This document shows positions 41,501-50,135 of a stretch of 64,000 nt of DNA, piece by piece. Under the pieces are notes generated by a model that worked only from the letters and a program-made list of their open reading frames with translations, did no database searches and had not been told where the DNA came from. Location of the stretch: positions 224,001 through 288,000 of the forward strand of contig JAHHIM010000001.1 of NCBI GenBank assembly GCA_019358915.1. Reading direction: 5' to 3'. Origin of the DNA: Trichormus sp. ATA11-4-KO1 (GTDB lineage: Bacteria > Cyanobacteriota > Cyanobacteriia > Cyanobacteriales > Nostocaceae). Position numbers and translations under genes: made by a program. Positions within the stretch are counted from its first letter, which is position 1. Each line of letters begins with the position of its first letter.

Positions 41501-41779
41501 AAATAACAACCCTCGCATCAGCTTGGTGACACTGTGTTCTAATTCGTAGGTGCGTCCTTTGTCTTCATCAACCTTGCGGTATGCCAGTGCTAAACCCCAA
41601 ACTCCCAAAATGCTGTAAACGTTATCTCGTACCCAAGCATCTGTATAATCACCGTGGGCAGTTATGGCCGTACTCGCAGGAAGTAAACCAGTAATCGGAT
41701 TCTGACGCGCTAGGATGATCGTCTTGATTTGCTGGTAGTAATCATCCAGTCGAGTTTGCAGTTCGGTGACTGTTTTCAT
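38570..41779 (-). CDS. Glycoside hydrolase family 15-like / phosphorylase kinase alpha-beta-like protein
   Basis: QNPITGLLPAS, DAWVRDNVYSI, WGHLQLDATS, DFGIWERG and IECEWPLF. Confidence 0.88.
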   Translation of the reverse strand: MKTVTELQTRLDDYYQQIKTIILARQNPITGLLPASTAITAHGDYTDAWVRDNVYSILGVWGLALAYRKVDEDKGRTYELEHSVTKLMRGLLFAMLRQSHKVEQFKHTQSPLNGLHAKYNTATADIVVGDDEWGHLQLDATSIFLLMLAQMTASGLQIIYTIDEVNFVQNLVYYIGRAYRTPDFGIWERGNKINHGSAELNASSVGMAKAALEAINGLDLFGVRGSQASVIHVLPDEIARARTTLESLLPRESGSKEIDAALLSIISYPAFAVEDTQLRDRTFNDIINKLQGKYGCKRFLRDGHQTVLEDSQRLHYEPWELKQFEHIECEWPLFFTYLFLDGLFRGDSQQVKDYQERLRSLLVEQDGVGLLPELYYVPAENVEAERLNPQSQLRLPNENIPLVWAQSLYFLGQMLSEGLLAIGDIDPLGRHLCVGKKREALVQIALLAEDEDLQIKLEVHGIETQTPKQVEPIQVRKAGELSAIYTQVGRNDKLGLTGRPIRRLRSLTTSRIFRIHNETIVFLPSFLDSQQFYLTLDYHFLLDQIRSELAYIQKYWSDLGRPTLTLMLTHTMWEIGSEALLELMQELKDGVCNGVQVKLGRLNQLMLTAGMQRIDFLQNADFSQSPVKNAGPRCYYLAYHPGESWRLGHTQEFQMEYETNLGLLLSSLRSSENLYEQIELLQTLIRLQGIGFDTGFGGPQQRVTAGDLVDEVYTKAGDLGLWAIVRRAAGLRQMVDIGLSDTVTSILVRGKQIAVGKAYSQASLITVPMSHNEIAEKINHFCREDIRDRVLTQEIIIYLGVLIRSEPELFQGLLTLRVGYLILLITSELAQELHVTQDEAYEHLMELSPFEVKMRLHQVLTGYTGVSNLLRQQESLHVKQKESDIAWVVLPTNEVEQTIVPQGGWRRFRQAEGALNRVPKDFFQQVWLLMKHCKGIVIGDKLERRNRLDSELILSEMTPGEKNFALRVEHLLNKIQAPEYRKVNIEALMELATIAANNPSLQIEEYIVLDVLIGHAVRLAWLEQHPERGDRYDEDKANAWRSFYNTSPQDCVSYILKAFRFLTEFVKDF

Positions 41780-42140
41780 AAGTTTAAATTATAGGGACGC
41801 TGGCAAAATTAGACCCTGTGGGTGTGAAGTGAATTATATAGACTAAGCGAAAACAGGTTATGTAATAGGAAACGAGATTACAGCTTATAGTGGTGTGAGT
41901 ATATTATTATCTCGTTTTAGTAGACATTTAGTTCCTGAATTGTTAATGAACTCTAACTAAGAATCGAGATTTTTTCAAATCTTCATCACTACGTAAGGTA
42001 ATTTATACCGATCTTACATAACCTTTGTTAGTTATAAGAAAATGCTTGACAAACCTTCTAAAACATGTTTTTAAAATAATTACAATGAAGGTATATAAAG
42101 CTTTGAACACAAAATAACTCCGTAAGCAAGAGGTGTTATT

Positions 42141-42275
42141 ATGTCTGTGCGTTACAACGAAAATCATGCCCGGTTAGTCAAAGTTGTTTATTCCCAAGTT
42201 AAAGTTAATGGCAAAACTGAATTAGTGCCATTAGAACTATATGCTGATGGTTCACTGAGACGCTCTTTAGGTTGA
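42141..42275 (+). CDS. Small protein, 44 aa (absent from ORF track)
   Basis: MSVRYNENHARLVKVVYSQVKVNGKTELVPLELYADGSLRRSLG, preceded by AAGAGGTG-N5-ATG. Confidence 0.7.
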   Translation: MSVRYNENHARLVKVVYSQVKVNGKTELVPLELYADGSLRRSLG

Positions 42276-42295
42276 TGGGGGACTGGGGACTACTA

Positions 42296-43285
42296 TTAAG
42301 TCTCTGGGTATTCATGAGAAACAAACGGTAGTTCTACTATTTCACCCTCAGCTTCTCCTACTTGGACTTTCAAGCCAACACCACCAACTTTGCTGCGGAT
42401 GTAACCTAGTCCAAAGTAACCATTGGTGGTTTCAGTATAACTGGTAAGCTTACCGACTTTTTCATCCCCGATCGCGATCGCACTACCAACTTGTGCCGGT
42501 GCATTGAGGCGGATACCCCAAAGGTATTGTTTTACACCTTTGTATGTATTTAACCGAGCAATGGTTTCTTGACCGATATAGCAGCCCTTATTAAAAGAAA
42601 TCGTTTGCCATAAACCAACTTCCAGAGGATTATAATCATCTGTAAGTTCCGCATCTGGAGCGGGTCTTCCCTGTAATATGCGTAACGTTTCCCAAGCGCG
42701 ATCGCTCAATTCAACTGCGCCTAATTCTAAAATTTGGTTCCATACTTTCTCTTTCTCTGAGGCTGGCAGAATGATTGTATATCCGGGGTCAGCCAAACCA
42801 CTACCCACAGCGACAATCACTCCACCTGCAATGAAGAGATGATTACCATAGGGTTGACCGATAATTGCCCCAGCACCCAGCTTTTCTATAATAGTGTCAC
42901 TTCCTGGTCCCATCAGGCTGAAGGTTGCTGTTTCATTTGTCACATCTGTTAATTGCACCTTATCGGCAAAAAAGATATAGCGATCTAGCCACTGAATGAG
43001 AGACTCACGACGGTTGGGAGAAACCAGCAACAGTATTGCATCATCGAGAATATACGCACTCGCCAAATCAATCGTGCGAGCCGTGGATGACACCATGACG
43101 GTATCACAACCCTTTCCTGGCTTGAGGCTGAGAAAATCGTTAGTACTTTGATTGTGTAAAAAGCGGATACGGTCATCATCAGCAACACGGATACGCCCCC
43201 AGTGGGAGCGATCGCATATAGCAACTCCTGCTGTCGCGGCTTGGATAGCTGCTGCGTCTTGACTGTCAATTGCAGATGTTGGCAT
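42296..43285 (-). CDS. ygfZ: Folate-binding Fe-S assembly protein YgfZ/GcvT family
   Basis: KGCYIGQE signature. Confidence 0.92.
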   Translation of the reverse strand: MPTSAIDSQDAAAIQAATAGVAICDRSHWGRIRVADDDRIRFLHNQSTNDFLSLKPGKGCDTVMVSSTARTIDLASAYILDDAILLLVSPNRRESLIQWLDRYIFFADKVQLTDVTNETATFSLMGPGSDTIIEKLGAGAIIGQPYGNHLFIAGGVIVAVGSGLADPGYTIILPASEKEKVWNQILELGAVELSDRAWETLRILQGRPAPDAELTDDYNPLEVGLWQTISFNKGCYIGQETIARLNTYKGVKQYLWGIRLNAPAQVGSAIAIGDEKVGKLTSYTETTNGYFGLGYIRSKVGGVGLKVQVGEAEGEIVELPFVSHEYPET

Positions 43286-43375
43286 AGTGATGAAGAGTAG
43301 CTCTGTTTCAATTTTGTTGCCTGGGGAATCTTAGCAAATAAAGCTTTGCAGGTTCAATTACCTAGGGGTAGAAGG

Positions 43376-43548
43376 CAGGGCTGTTTCATTCGCTTGTGTT
43401 GGAGATTTGTCAAGAGGATAATCTCACGCAAAGGCGCAAAGACGCAAAGAAAAATCAGATATTTCGGACTGAAGATGCCAAAATTTTCGGTCTTAATTGT
43501 GGATTTGCCCTTGCAATTTTAACCCTTTTAGGGAACGAATCAGCCCTG
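43376..43548. mobile_element. MITE with 16-bp TIR and 10-bp target-site duplication
   Basis: TIR CAGGGCTGTTTCATTC / GAACGAATCAGCCCTG (14/16); GGGTAGAAGG on both sides (43366-43375 and 43549-43558). Confidence 0.85.
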
Positions 43549-43813
43549 GGGTAGAAGGGGGAAATTAAAAATGTTGGTCAACACATTCCTTTTCAGCCTC
43601 TTAACTCTGTGTTCTCTGCGCCTCTGTGGTTAATTAAATTATTTTAAACTTCAGATGCACAGAGAAGGAAACTTGCGCAGGAAGGGTTTCCCGACTTGAG
43701 CAAAGTGTCCGTAACCAGAGAGAAAAAAACAGATTTTACGAGTCGCCTTGAAATAGCTAGTCCTAGATAATTAACTAGTTTTCTGATAAAAATCTATCAG
43801 TAGTTAGCACAAA

Positions 43814-45043
43814 TTAAGTCAAAATTAAAAATGCTACCTGGAATAAGCCGACAATAAAACCTAAAACACCACCTAAAGTCACAATAGCCTGTAATTCATT
43901 TTTGACAATTCCCTCAATTGCCGCTTCTAAATCGGCGGGCGATGTTGATTTTACACGGTCAACGATTACTTGGTCTATCGATAAAATCGGAATTACCTGG
44001 GCGACGATTTTTTCTAAATCTTTTTCTAAATACTTTTCTAAAATCAAAGCTAACTCTTGACTTACTACTTCTAAAGAAGAACTCATAACAGGTGAAGCGC
44101 TCAGACGATTAAGTAGTAATGTAGAAATATTTTCCCAATTAACAGAATCCGTTAACCCTTGGATTAAATCACCTCCACTAGTTTGCAGGTAATGACGAAC
44201 ACTTTCACGGGTAGTTTTTCGCAGTTGGCGCACCGTCCCAATTGGCAAGTTTTGTAATGATAAATTTTGCAGTACTTTCTTCAGGCGATCGCGCATCTGT
44301 AAAACTTGCACCAATTCTTCTAAACGCGTATTGGTAGCTTCTTTTTCATCTAAACAAAAAGTTCGCAGCCTTGTGAGAGTATTACGTAAACCGAATAAAT
44401 TTGCAACTACCCAATAAGTACCACTAGTCTTTTCTCTAAAGCTTTCATCAATAGTTTGAATGGTGCGATCAGTTAAAAAATCAATAATTGCCTGCCGCAA
44501 TACATCTGGCGGTAAAACCACCTGCAATAACCAATCAGCCAAGCGGGTAGCTTGTTCTTCGCTTAGTTGTAATTCCAGCAATACCTGGTCAAAAATTTGA
44601 TTGATCTGCGCTTCTAAAAAATCTTCTCGCCGTGCCAAAACTTTGAGCAGACGGGGAAATGATTCTCCTAATAAATCACGCAAAATTCCCGCCACAATTT
44701 TGGCGCTTTTCTCATTTTTATCTACTTTGATTTGTTCAATTGCCAGTTGCAATAACCAAAGAATAGCTGTCTGTACACGTTCTGTTTGTAGCAAGCGTCG
44801 TGCTAGGTTTTGCAATTCTCCAGGTGTGAGCAACGACCCCATAATAGTGTCGGAAATGTTCTTAGCCAGGCGTTCTTGATTGCGCGGTATCAATCCAGGG
44901 GTGAATGGCACTCTTCGTCCACCAATATAAATTGTGCGGTAGGGACGAAACAACATTTTTATGGCTATATCATTCGTGAAATAGCCAATAATCCCACCCA
45001 GCACCGGGGGTAACACATAATACCAAAGTTGAGACGAATCCAA
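43814..45043 (-). CDS. DUF445-family membrane protein
   Basis: [19 protein letters not shown]...PFTPGLIP; C-terminal [17 protein letters not shown]. Confidence 0.88.
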   Translation of the reverse strand: MDSSQLWYYVLPPVLGGIIGYFTNDIAIKMLFRPYRTIYIGGRRVPFTPGLIPRNQERLAKNISDTIMGSLLTPGELQNLARRLLQTERVQTAILWLLQLAIEQIKVDKNEKSAKIVAGILRDLLGESFPRLLKVLARREDFLEAQINQIFDQVLLELQLSEEQATRLADWLLQVVLPPDVLRQAIIDFLTDRTIQTIDESFREKTSGTYWVVANLFGLRNTLTRLRTFCLDEKEATNTRLEELVQVLQMRDRLKKVLQNLSLQNLPIGTVRQLRKTTRESVRHYLQTSGGDLIQGLTDSVNWENISTLLLNRLSASPVMSSSLEVVSQELALILEKYLEKDLEKIVAQVIPILSIDQVIVDRVKSTSPADLEAAIEGIVKNELQAIVTLGGVLGFIVGLFQVAFLILT

Positions 45044-45125
45044 GGGAGGAAGTAAGAAAGTTAGGAGTGATGAGCGATCAGCAATGAATTATGAGCTTAA
45101 TTTAAAACTCTTAACCTAAGACTAA

Positions 45126-45815
45126 TCACTTACTGACTACCAGCACTCCCATCATACCGTTCGCGATGGGATAGTGTGTGACCAATACGAAACCAACTTG
45201 ACGGGCTAACTCTACTTGCTCTTTTCCTGTAGGGAACCGATCTAAGCTGGGACTGATATAAGCATATTCTTCTTTTAAACCGAGATGCTTAGCCATTGGT
45301 ACGACTATATGATCCAAATACCATTGCTGAAAAGCGCGGATTTGCTGATTGCTGGGACGATGAAAGTCTAAAATGGCTGCTTTCCCACCAGGCTTGAGGA
45401 CTCGGTGCAATTCTTGCAGACTGCGGGGAATATCCATCACATTTCTTAAACCATAACCCATTGTAGCGGCAGCAAATTGGTTGTGAGCGAAGGGCAAATT
45501 TAGTACATCTGCTTCTATCCAAGAAATAGGCAGTTGAGGATATTGCCTTTGGGAGCGTTCTTGAGCAGCAGCTAATAAGTTTGGCGAGAAATCCACACCA
45601 TAAACATGTCCTGTCATTCCGACATGTCGTGCCAAACGAAAGGCTAAATCACCACTCCCGCAGCATAAATCCAGGCAAGTATCTCCTGGTTTAGCTGCAC
45701 TCCATTTGACTGCCATTTCTTTCCATATACCGTGTTGTCCCAGACTCAGCCAATTGTTTAACTGGTCGTAAACTGGAGCAATCCGGTTAAAAATGGCACG
45801 AACGTCTTGATTCAT
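45126..45815 (-). CDS. menG: UbiE/MenG demethylphylloquinol methyltransferase
   Basis: FNRIAPVYDQLN, LDLCCGSGD, GYGLRNV and RVLKPGG. Confidence 0.88.
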   Translation of the reverse strand: MNQDVRAIFNRIAPVYDQLNNWLSLGQHGIWKEMAVKWSAAKPGDTCLDLCCGSGDLAFRLARHVGMTGHVYGVDFSPNLLAAAQERSQRQYPQLPISWIEADVLNLPFAHNQFAAATMGYGLRNVMDIPRSLQELHRVLKPGGKAAILDFHRPSNQQIRAFQQWYLDHIVVPMAKHLGLKEEYAYISPSLDRFPTGKEQVELARQVGFVLVTHYPIANGMMGVLVVSK

Positions 45816-45958
45816 GGTGTCAATACTGGTTGTGATAACGATGACTTATCCCCAGAAATTGAAGCTTGTATGACAAGAGTAAACATTCAATGTGAAAAGT
45901 CCTAGAGATGGGTATCAGTTTAGCAAAAGGTCAGGACGCTTCGCCCAGAGCGAGGCAC

Positions 45959-46001
45959 AAAAAGACCGGCAACGGCGCTTACTGTGCGCTGTTGTCCGGC
46001 T
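45959..46001 (-). terminator. Intrinsic terminator downstream of the response regulator
   Basis: On the - strand: AGCCGGACAACAGCGC-loop-GCGCCGTTGCCGGT followed by CTTTTT. Confidence 0.65.
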
Positions 46002-46023
46002 ACCAAAGACACAGAAAGATGAA

Positions 46024-46980
46024 TTAAACTATTGCTGGTGCGCAGCGACTACTAGTCAGAGCGATCGCTACCAGTTCTGCTGATAAACGAATTAGGTTTA
46101 ATTCATCTTCGCGCAAAGAGCAAGGTTGTTGCCACTGGAGCGACAACACCCCTAGCAGATGATTCCTGTAGGTTATGGGAATAACTAGATGTGCTTGCAC
46201 ACCAGTTTTTTGGTAATGAGTCACATCAGACAGTTTGGCATCTTTGGCTACATTTAATGAAACTTGCATTTGTCCAGTAGCGATCGCTTCATTTGTCAAT
46301 GGATCTTGATCTAGCCAGTTTTCTAGAGTACCCACATGACAATAATTGCCTTGAGTTGCCAAGAGTTGATTTCCCTTAACTAGCTGCAAAATACAGCTAT
46401 CTGCTGTAAAACTTTCACTAAAAACTGTAGCAATGGGTGTTAGCGTTTCCTCTAAGCTATGCGCTGCTTGTGTTACCTGCACTAAAACAGTCAGCAGCGC
46501 CATTTGGGCATTAGCGCGGCGCAATTCTTCTGTGCGTTGCTTGAGCAAGTCGTAAGTTTCTGCGGCCCTTTGCACTACAGCTTTGAGTTCCCCTGGGTCC
46601 CAAGGCTTGGTAATATATTTATAGACCTGTCCAGCATTAATTGCTTCCACCAAGTCTTCAATATCAGTAAACCCGGTGAGGATTATCCTCACAGTATCGG
46701 GAAACTGAGGTACAGTCTTGCTGAGAAACTCAGTTCCTTTCATTTCTGGCATTCGCTGATCGGAGATGATCACCGCTACCTCACCTTCTGCTGCCAATAC
46801 TTCTAGGGCATTGACACCACTATCGGCTTTTAAGACATGAAAGTCCCGCCGAAAAGTGCGATAAAGCAAATCGAGATTATCTGGCTCGTCGTCAACTACC
46901 AGGATTTTCAGTTTTTTCGGTCGTTCCAAAGTTGACAATTGACGTTGATTTGTAAGAGTTTCAGCAATGGGATGATCCAT
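46024..46980 (-). CDS. Response regulator (REC + GAF)
   Basis: ILVVDDE, ISDQRMP and YITKPW; C-terminal GAF-like AHLVIPI...LLGVLSL. Confidence 0.88.
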   Translation of the reverse strand: MDHPIAETLTNQRQLSTLERPKKLKILVVDDEPDNLDLLYRTFRRDFHVLKADSGVNALEVLAAEGEVAVIISDQRMPEMKGTEFLSKTVPQFPDTVRIILTGFTDIEDLVEAINAGQVYKYITKPWDPGELKAVVQRAAETYDLLKQRTEELRRANAQMALLTVLVQVTQAAHSLEETLTPIATVFSESFTADSCILQLVKGNQLLATQGNYCHVGTLENWLDQDPLTNEAIATGQMQVSLNVAKDAKLSDVTHYQKTGVQAHLVIPITYRNHLLGVLSLQWQQPCSLREDELNLIRLSAELVAIALTSSRCAPAIV

Positions 46981-47171
46981 GAGATAATTCCTATAAATAT
47001 TCATCATTGTGTTATATTCCATACCTAGATTAGTTGAGAATAGCGATTAATCCTTGCGTAAATTTACGAATGTAGTGGGTGAGTAGGGCGTGGGGATTAT
47101 ATTTAACTGATAAAGATTACAATAAGATTTGCTGACGAGGAATCTCAAGTTGAAGCGCCCACTCCAGAATT

Positions 47172-48257
47172 ATGACTAACTTACCTCCCAACGCTCAAAA
47201 TCCTGAAAATGCTGCTAACGATGTAGTACAAGAGTTAATCCGAAAGTTGCGGCAAAAGCAAGGTAACTGGGTGGAATGGGGAATGGCGATCGCCTCCCTG
47301 CAAAAAGCTGGTTACAATCCCCAGGAAATTTTTGAGGAAACTGGATTTGAACCAATTCAACAAAATCAGGTAATTGTTGGCTCCCAAGTTTATAATTCTT
47401 TAGAAAAAGGTGGAGCATCAGCAGCAGCGCGATCGCACTTCTCTACCAGGGGTAGTGATGTTTTGTATGAACTACGTTTACTTACCCAAGAAGAACGCGC
47501 GGCGGCGGCTGAACTGACTTTTGTTCACAAACTTGACGTTGATGAAGCACGCGAAGTAGCAAAAGCCATTAAAGATTTTTCCCGCTTGCGCACTTTACCA
47601 GCAGGTTTTTCTGCCCATCCAGGAGATGCAGTGGCTTATCAAGCATGGAAACTGGCACGTCAATATACAGATTTGCAAGAGCGATCGCGCCTGATTGCTA
47701 AAGGTTTGCGTTTTGCCCACACAGCCACAGCCAGAAAACAAATCGAACAGTTATTAGTTGATTTTACAGTTGTTTCCCAGCGTCCAGCCCCGATTTTACC
47801 TTTTTATCGATTTGAGTCTGATGAAGAATCACCTCGGATTTTGCCAGTTGTCGGTGAGTTGCCATTAACACCTAAAGACTTGCAAAGTGTGCCCCTAGTA
47901 GAGGAAATTCAACCATTTCGCTTAGTTAAGTTTGCTGGGGAGCAAGCTTGGGTACCTTTACCAGGTTGGCAAGTGTTACTAAATACTGAAGATCCAGTAG
48001 TAGTTTTGTGCAATAGCGATCGCCTCCCCAACCAAACACAAAGTCCACCTAAACCATTACTAGTAGTTATAGATCGTGCCCAACGCCAATGGGATGACTC
48101 TAGCTATTTTGTTGTTGACAACGACGGTGAATTGGATTTTCAGTGGTTTGAAACTGAACCAGAACTTCCTCTGTTGGGGAAAATTGTTGTAATCGTGCGT
48201 CCTAAGAAAATCTTCGATGAAGAAATAACCAAGGATGCTTGGCAAATTGACGAATAA
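47172..48257 (+). CDS. raf1: RuBisCO accumulation factor 1
   Basis: LRQKQGNWVEWG, IFEETGFEPIQQNQVIV and C-terminal RPKKIFDE...WQIDE. Confidence 0.93.
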   Translation: MTNLPPNAQNPENAANDVVQELIRKLRQKQGNWVEWGMAIASLQKAGYNPQEIFEETGFEPIQQNQVIVGSQVYNSLEKGGASAAARSHFSTRGSDVLYELRLLTQEERAAAAELTFVHKLDVDEAREVAKAIKDFSRLRTLPAGFSAHPGDAVAYQAWKLARQYTDLQERSRLIAKGLRFAHTATARKQIEQLLVDFTVVSQRPAPILPFYRFESDEESPRILPVVGELPLTPKDLQSVPLVEEIQPFRLVKFAGEQAWVPLPGWQVLLNTEDPVVVLCNSDRLPNQTQSPPKPLLVVIDRAQRQWDDSSYFVVDNDGELDFQWFETEPELPLLGKIVVIVRPKKIFDEEITKDAWQIDE

Positions 48258-48260
48258 TCA

Positions 48261-49937
48261 TCAAAAATCATTGCCGAGTTGAAGATTACTGCACCGATAA
48301 AGCTGATAGGGAATGCCTATGCGATAGTGCTGTGTGGGATCTATGGTGCAGGTATTTTGTTCAGAAAGTGTTACTTGCTGTGGATAGTCTCGTCTTCTCA
48401 TTCCCGGGCCAACTATCCATAAATTCATCTGAGATGCTTTTGGTACAGTCACCTGAGAAAGCGTATTCCATAAAATAGATAAATCAGGTTTTTTATCTAA
48501 AAAAGCAACACTATCAAAGTTAATCATAGAGGCGCTGGTATAACTCCTAAGTTGTTCTAAAGCTAAAGAAAAACTCAAGCCCAATGCTACATCCTGATAA
48601 TTGCTATATGCCACCACTAATATCACTGGTACATTAGGTTCTAAGTTCATGTTTTGGGCAACTTGCTCAGGCTGAAATGGCTTTTGAAAAGCTAAATTAG
48701 TAACTACAAAAATACAACTAATAACACCAATAATTAAAAGGATAAATTTGGAGTTTTTGCTTTTGCTGATACTAGCTGCAAGGAGAGTACAAAATCCAGG
48801 ATAGTAAACAAAGTTGTAGCGGGGAATAACTGTAATATCTTTACCTAGTAAATAAACGATGGCAAAAAATTCTAAGAGGACAAAAATAAGAAAACTTAAA
48901 AGTGTAAATGTTGCTAAATGAGTAGTCTTTTGTGAATACAATAAGCTTAAATTTATCAAGGCTTGCTGCCCCACCCAAATAGCAAAGACTATCATGAAAA
49001 AACCACAAATAGCTGTGATTAATAGAGGCTGACTTTCTACAGGTAGAGTAATTACCATTAACACCCAGCTAATCAGAATTTGATATAGAGGGGCAATAAA
49101 ATTGGTAGAAGATAACCAATTGGTTTCAGAACTTTGAAAATGATTCCACATCACTAGCAGCCAAGGAACAAAGCTAATTACAACTCCACTAGTTGAGAGA
49201 ATAATAGCAATCCAAATTTGGTGTGTGGGAATCTTTGTCCTACCCCAATACATCAACACCAGTAATGTGTTAATTTCCGCAATGAAAGCCAGAACAAAAA
49301 AGTAGTGAACGTAAAAGCCGATACTATTAATAATTGCCCATAATATCCAAACCCAAATTCTTATGCGTTGTCCTGCAAAAATATCTTGCTGAATTTGCAT
49401 GAGTCCCAATAATGCTAAAGTTATCAGGAACATGGGCATAGTATAGTGTCGTGCTTCTTGGGAAAGGTAAACAGCAAAGGGCGAAACAGCCATAACAAAT
49501 GCTGCTACAATTCCAGATGCAGGAGAAAAGGCAATTCTATTAACACCATAAATTGCCGCGATCGCACCTATACCAAATAAAGCTGGTAGCGATCGCAATT
49601 TTTCTACCCACTCTGAACCTAAAGGAGTCATCCACCCTAACCAACTATACATACTGCAAAAAAATAGTGGGGGATGAGTAGACCCAGTAGCAAGATTTTT
49701 GGCAATTTGCTGACAACTCACCCCAGATTGGTATGTAAAAATCTCCTGTACGCTATTCAGAGGAATTACCACATCTAAGGGCAAATCATGGTAATTTTTA
49801 CCTAAACTAAAAATGGCAGTAATTGCCTCATCCATCCACAGAGGTTTTAAATCTAAATTCCCAAAGCGCAAAATAGTACCAAGTGCGATCGCTCCAGCTA
49901 AACTTAGATAATGTAGATAAAGTCTGCGATTTGTCAT
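48261..49937 (-). CDS. GT-C fold membrane glycosyltransferase (family 39/PMT-like)
   Basis: LWMDE, THPPLFF, LSQEARHY and multiple TM helices. Confidence 0.82.
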   Translation of the reverse strand: MTNRRLYLHYLSLAGAIALGTILRFGNLDLKPLWMDEAITAIFSLGKNYHDLPLDVVIPLNSVQEIFTYQSGVSCQQIAKNLATGSTHPPLFFCSMYSWLGWMTPLGSEWVEKLRSLPALFGIGAIAAIYGVNRIAFSPASGIVAAFVMAVSPFAVYLSQEARHYTMPMFLITLALLGLMQIQQDIFAGQRIRIWVWILWAIINSIGFYVHYFFVLAFIAEINTLLVLMYWGRTKIPTHQIWIAIILSTSGVVISFVPWLLVMWNHFQSSETNWLSSTNFIAPLYQILISWVLMVITLPVESQPLLITAICGFFMIVFAIWVGQQALINLSLLYSQKTTHLATFTLLSFLIFVLLEFFAIVYLLGKDITVIPRYNFVYYPGFCTLLAASISKSKNSKFILLIIGVISCIFVVTNLAFQKPFQPEQVAQNMNLEPNVPVILVVAYSNYQDVALGLSFSLALEQLRSYTSASMINFDSVAFLDKKPDLSILWNTLSQVTVPKASQMNLWIVGPGMRRRDYPQQVTLSEQNTCTIDPTQHYRIGIPYQLYRCSNLQLGNDF

Positions 49938-50135
49938 TAGTTAGCTATTAGCAATCCTTTTATTTGTAACTATAGTTATACAAAATACATATGGAAATGC
50001 CATCTGATTTATGAAAAGTATTTTTTTAACAGCAGAGGCACGTAGCACTCAAAGAAATTAAGAAAGATTTTGATGAATGATTTAGTAGGATTGCTATATC
50101 TGCTTGGTGATTACATTTAAAATTGCAAATTTTAT

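Noticed and set aside
45880..46083. 63-aa ORF or novel ncRNA between menG and the response regulator
   Set aside because: The main structure is adequately explained as a - strand intrinsic terminator; the ORF has no support
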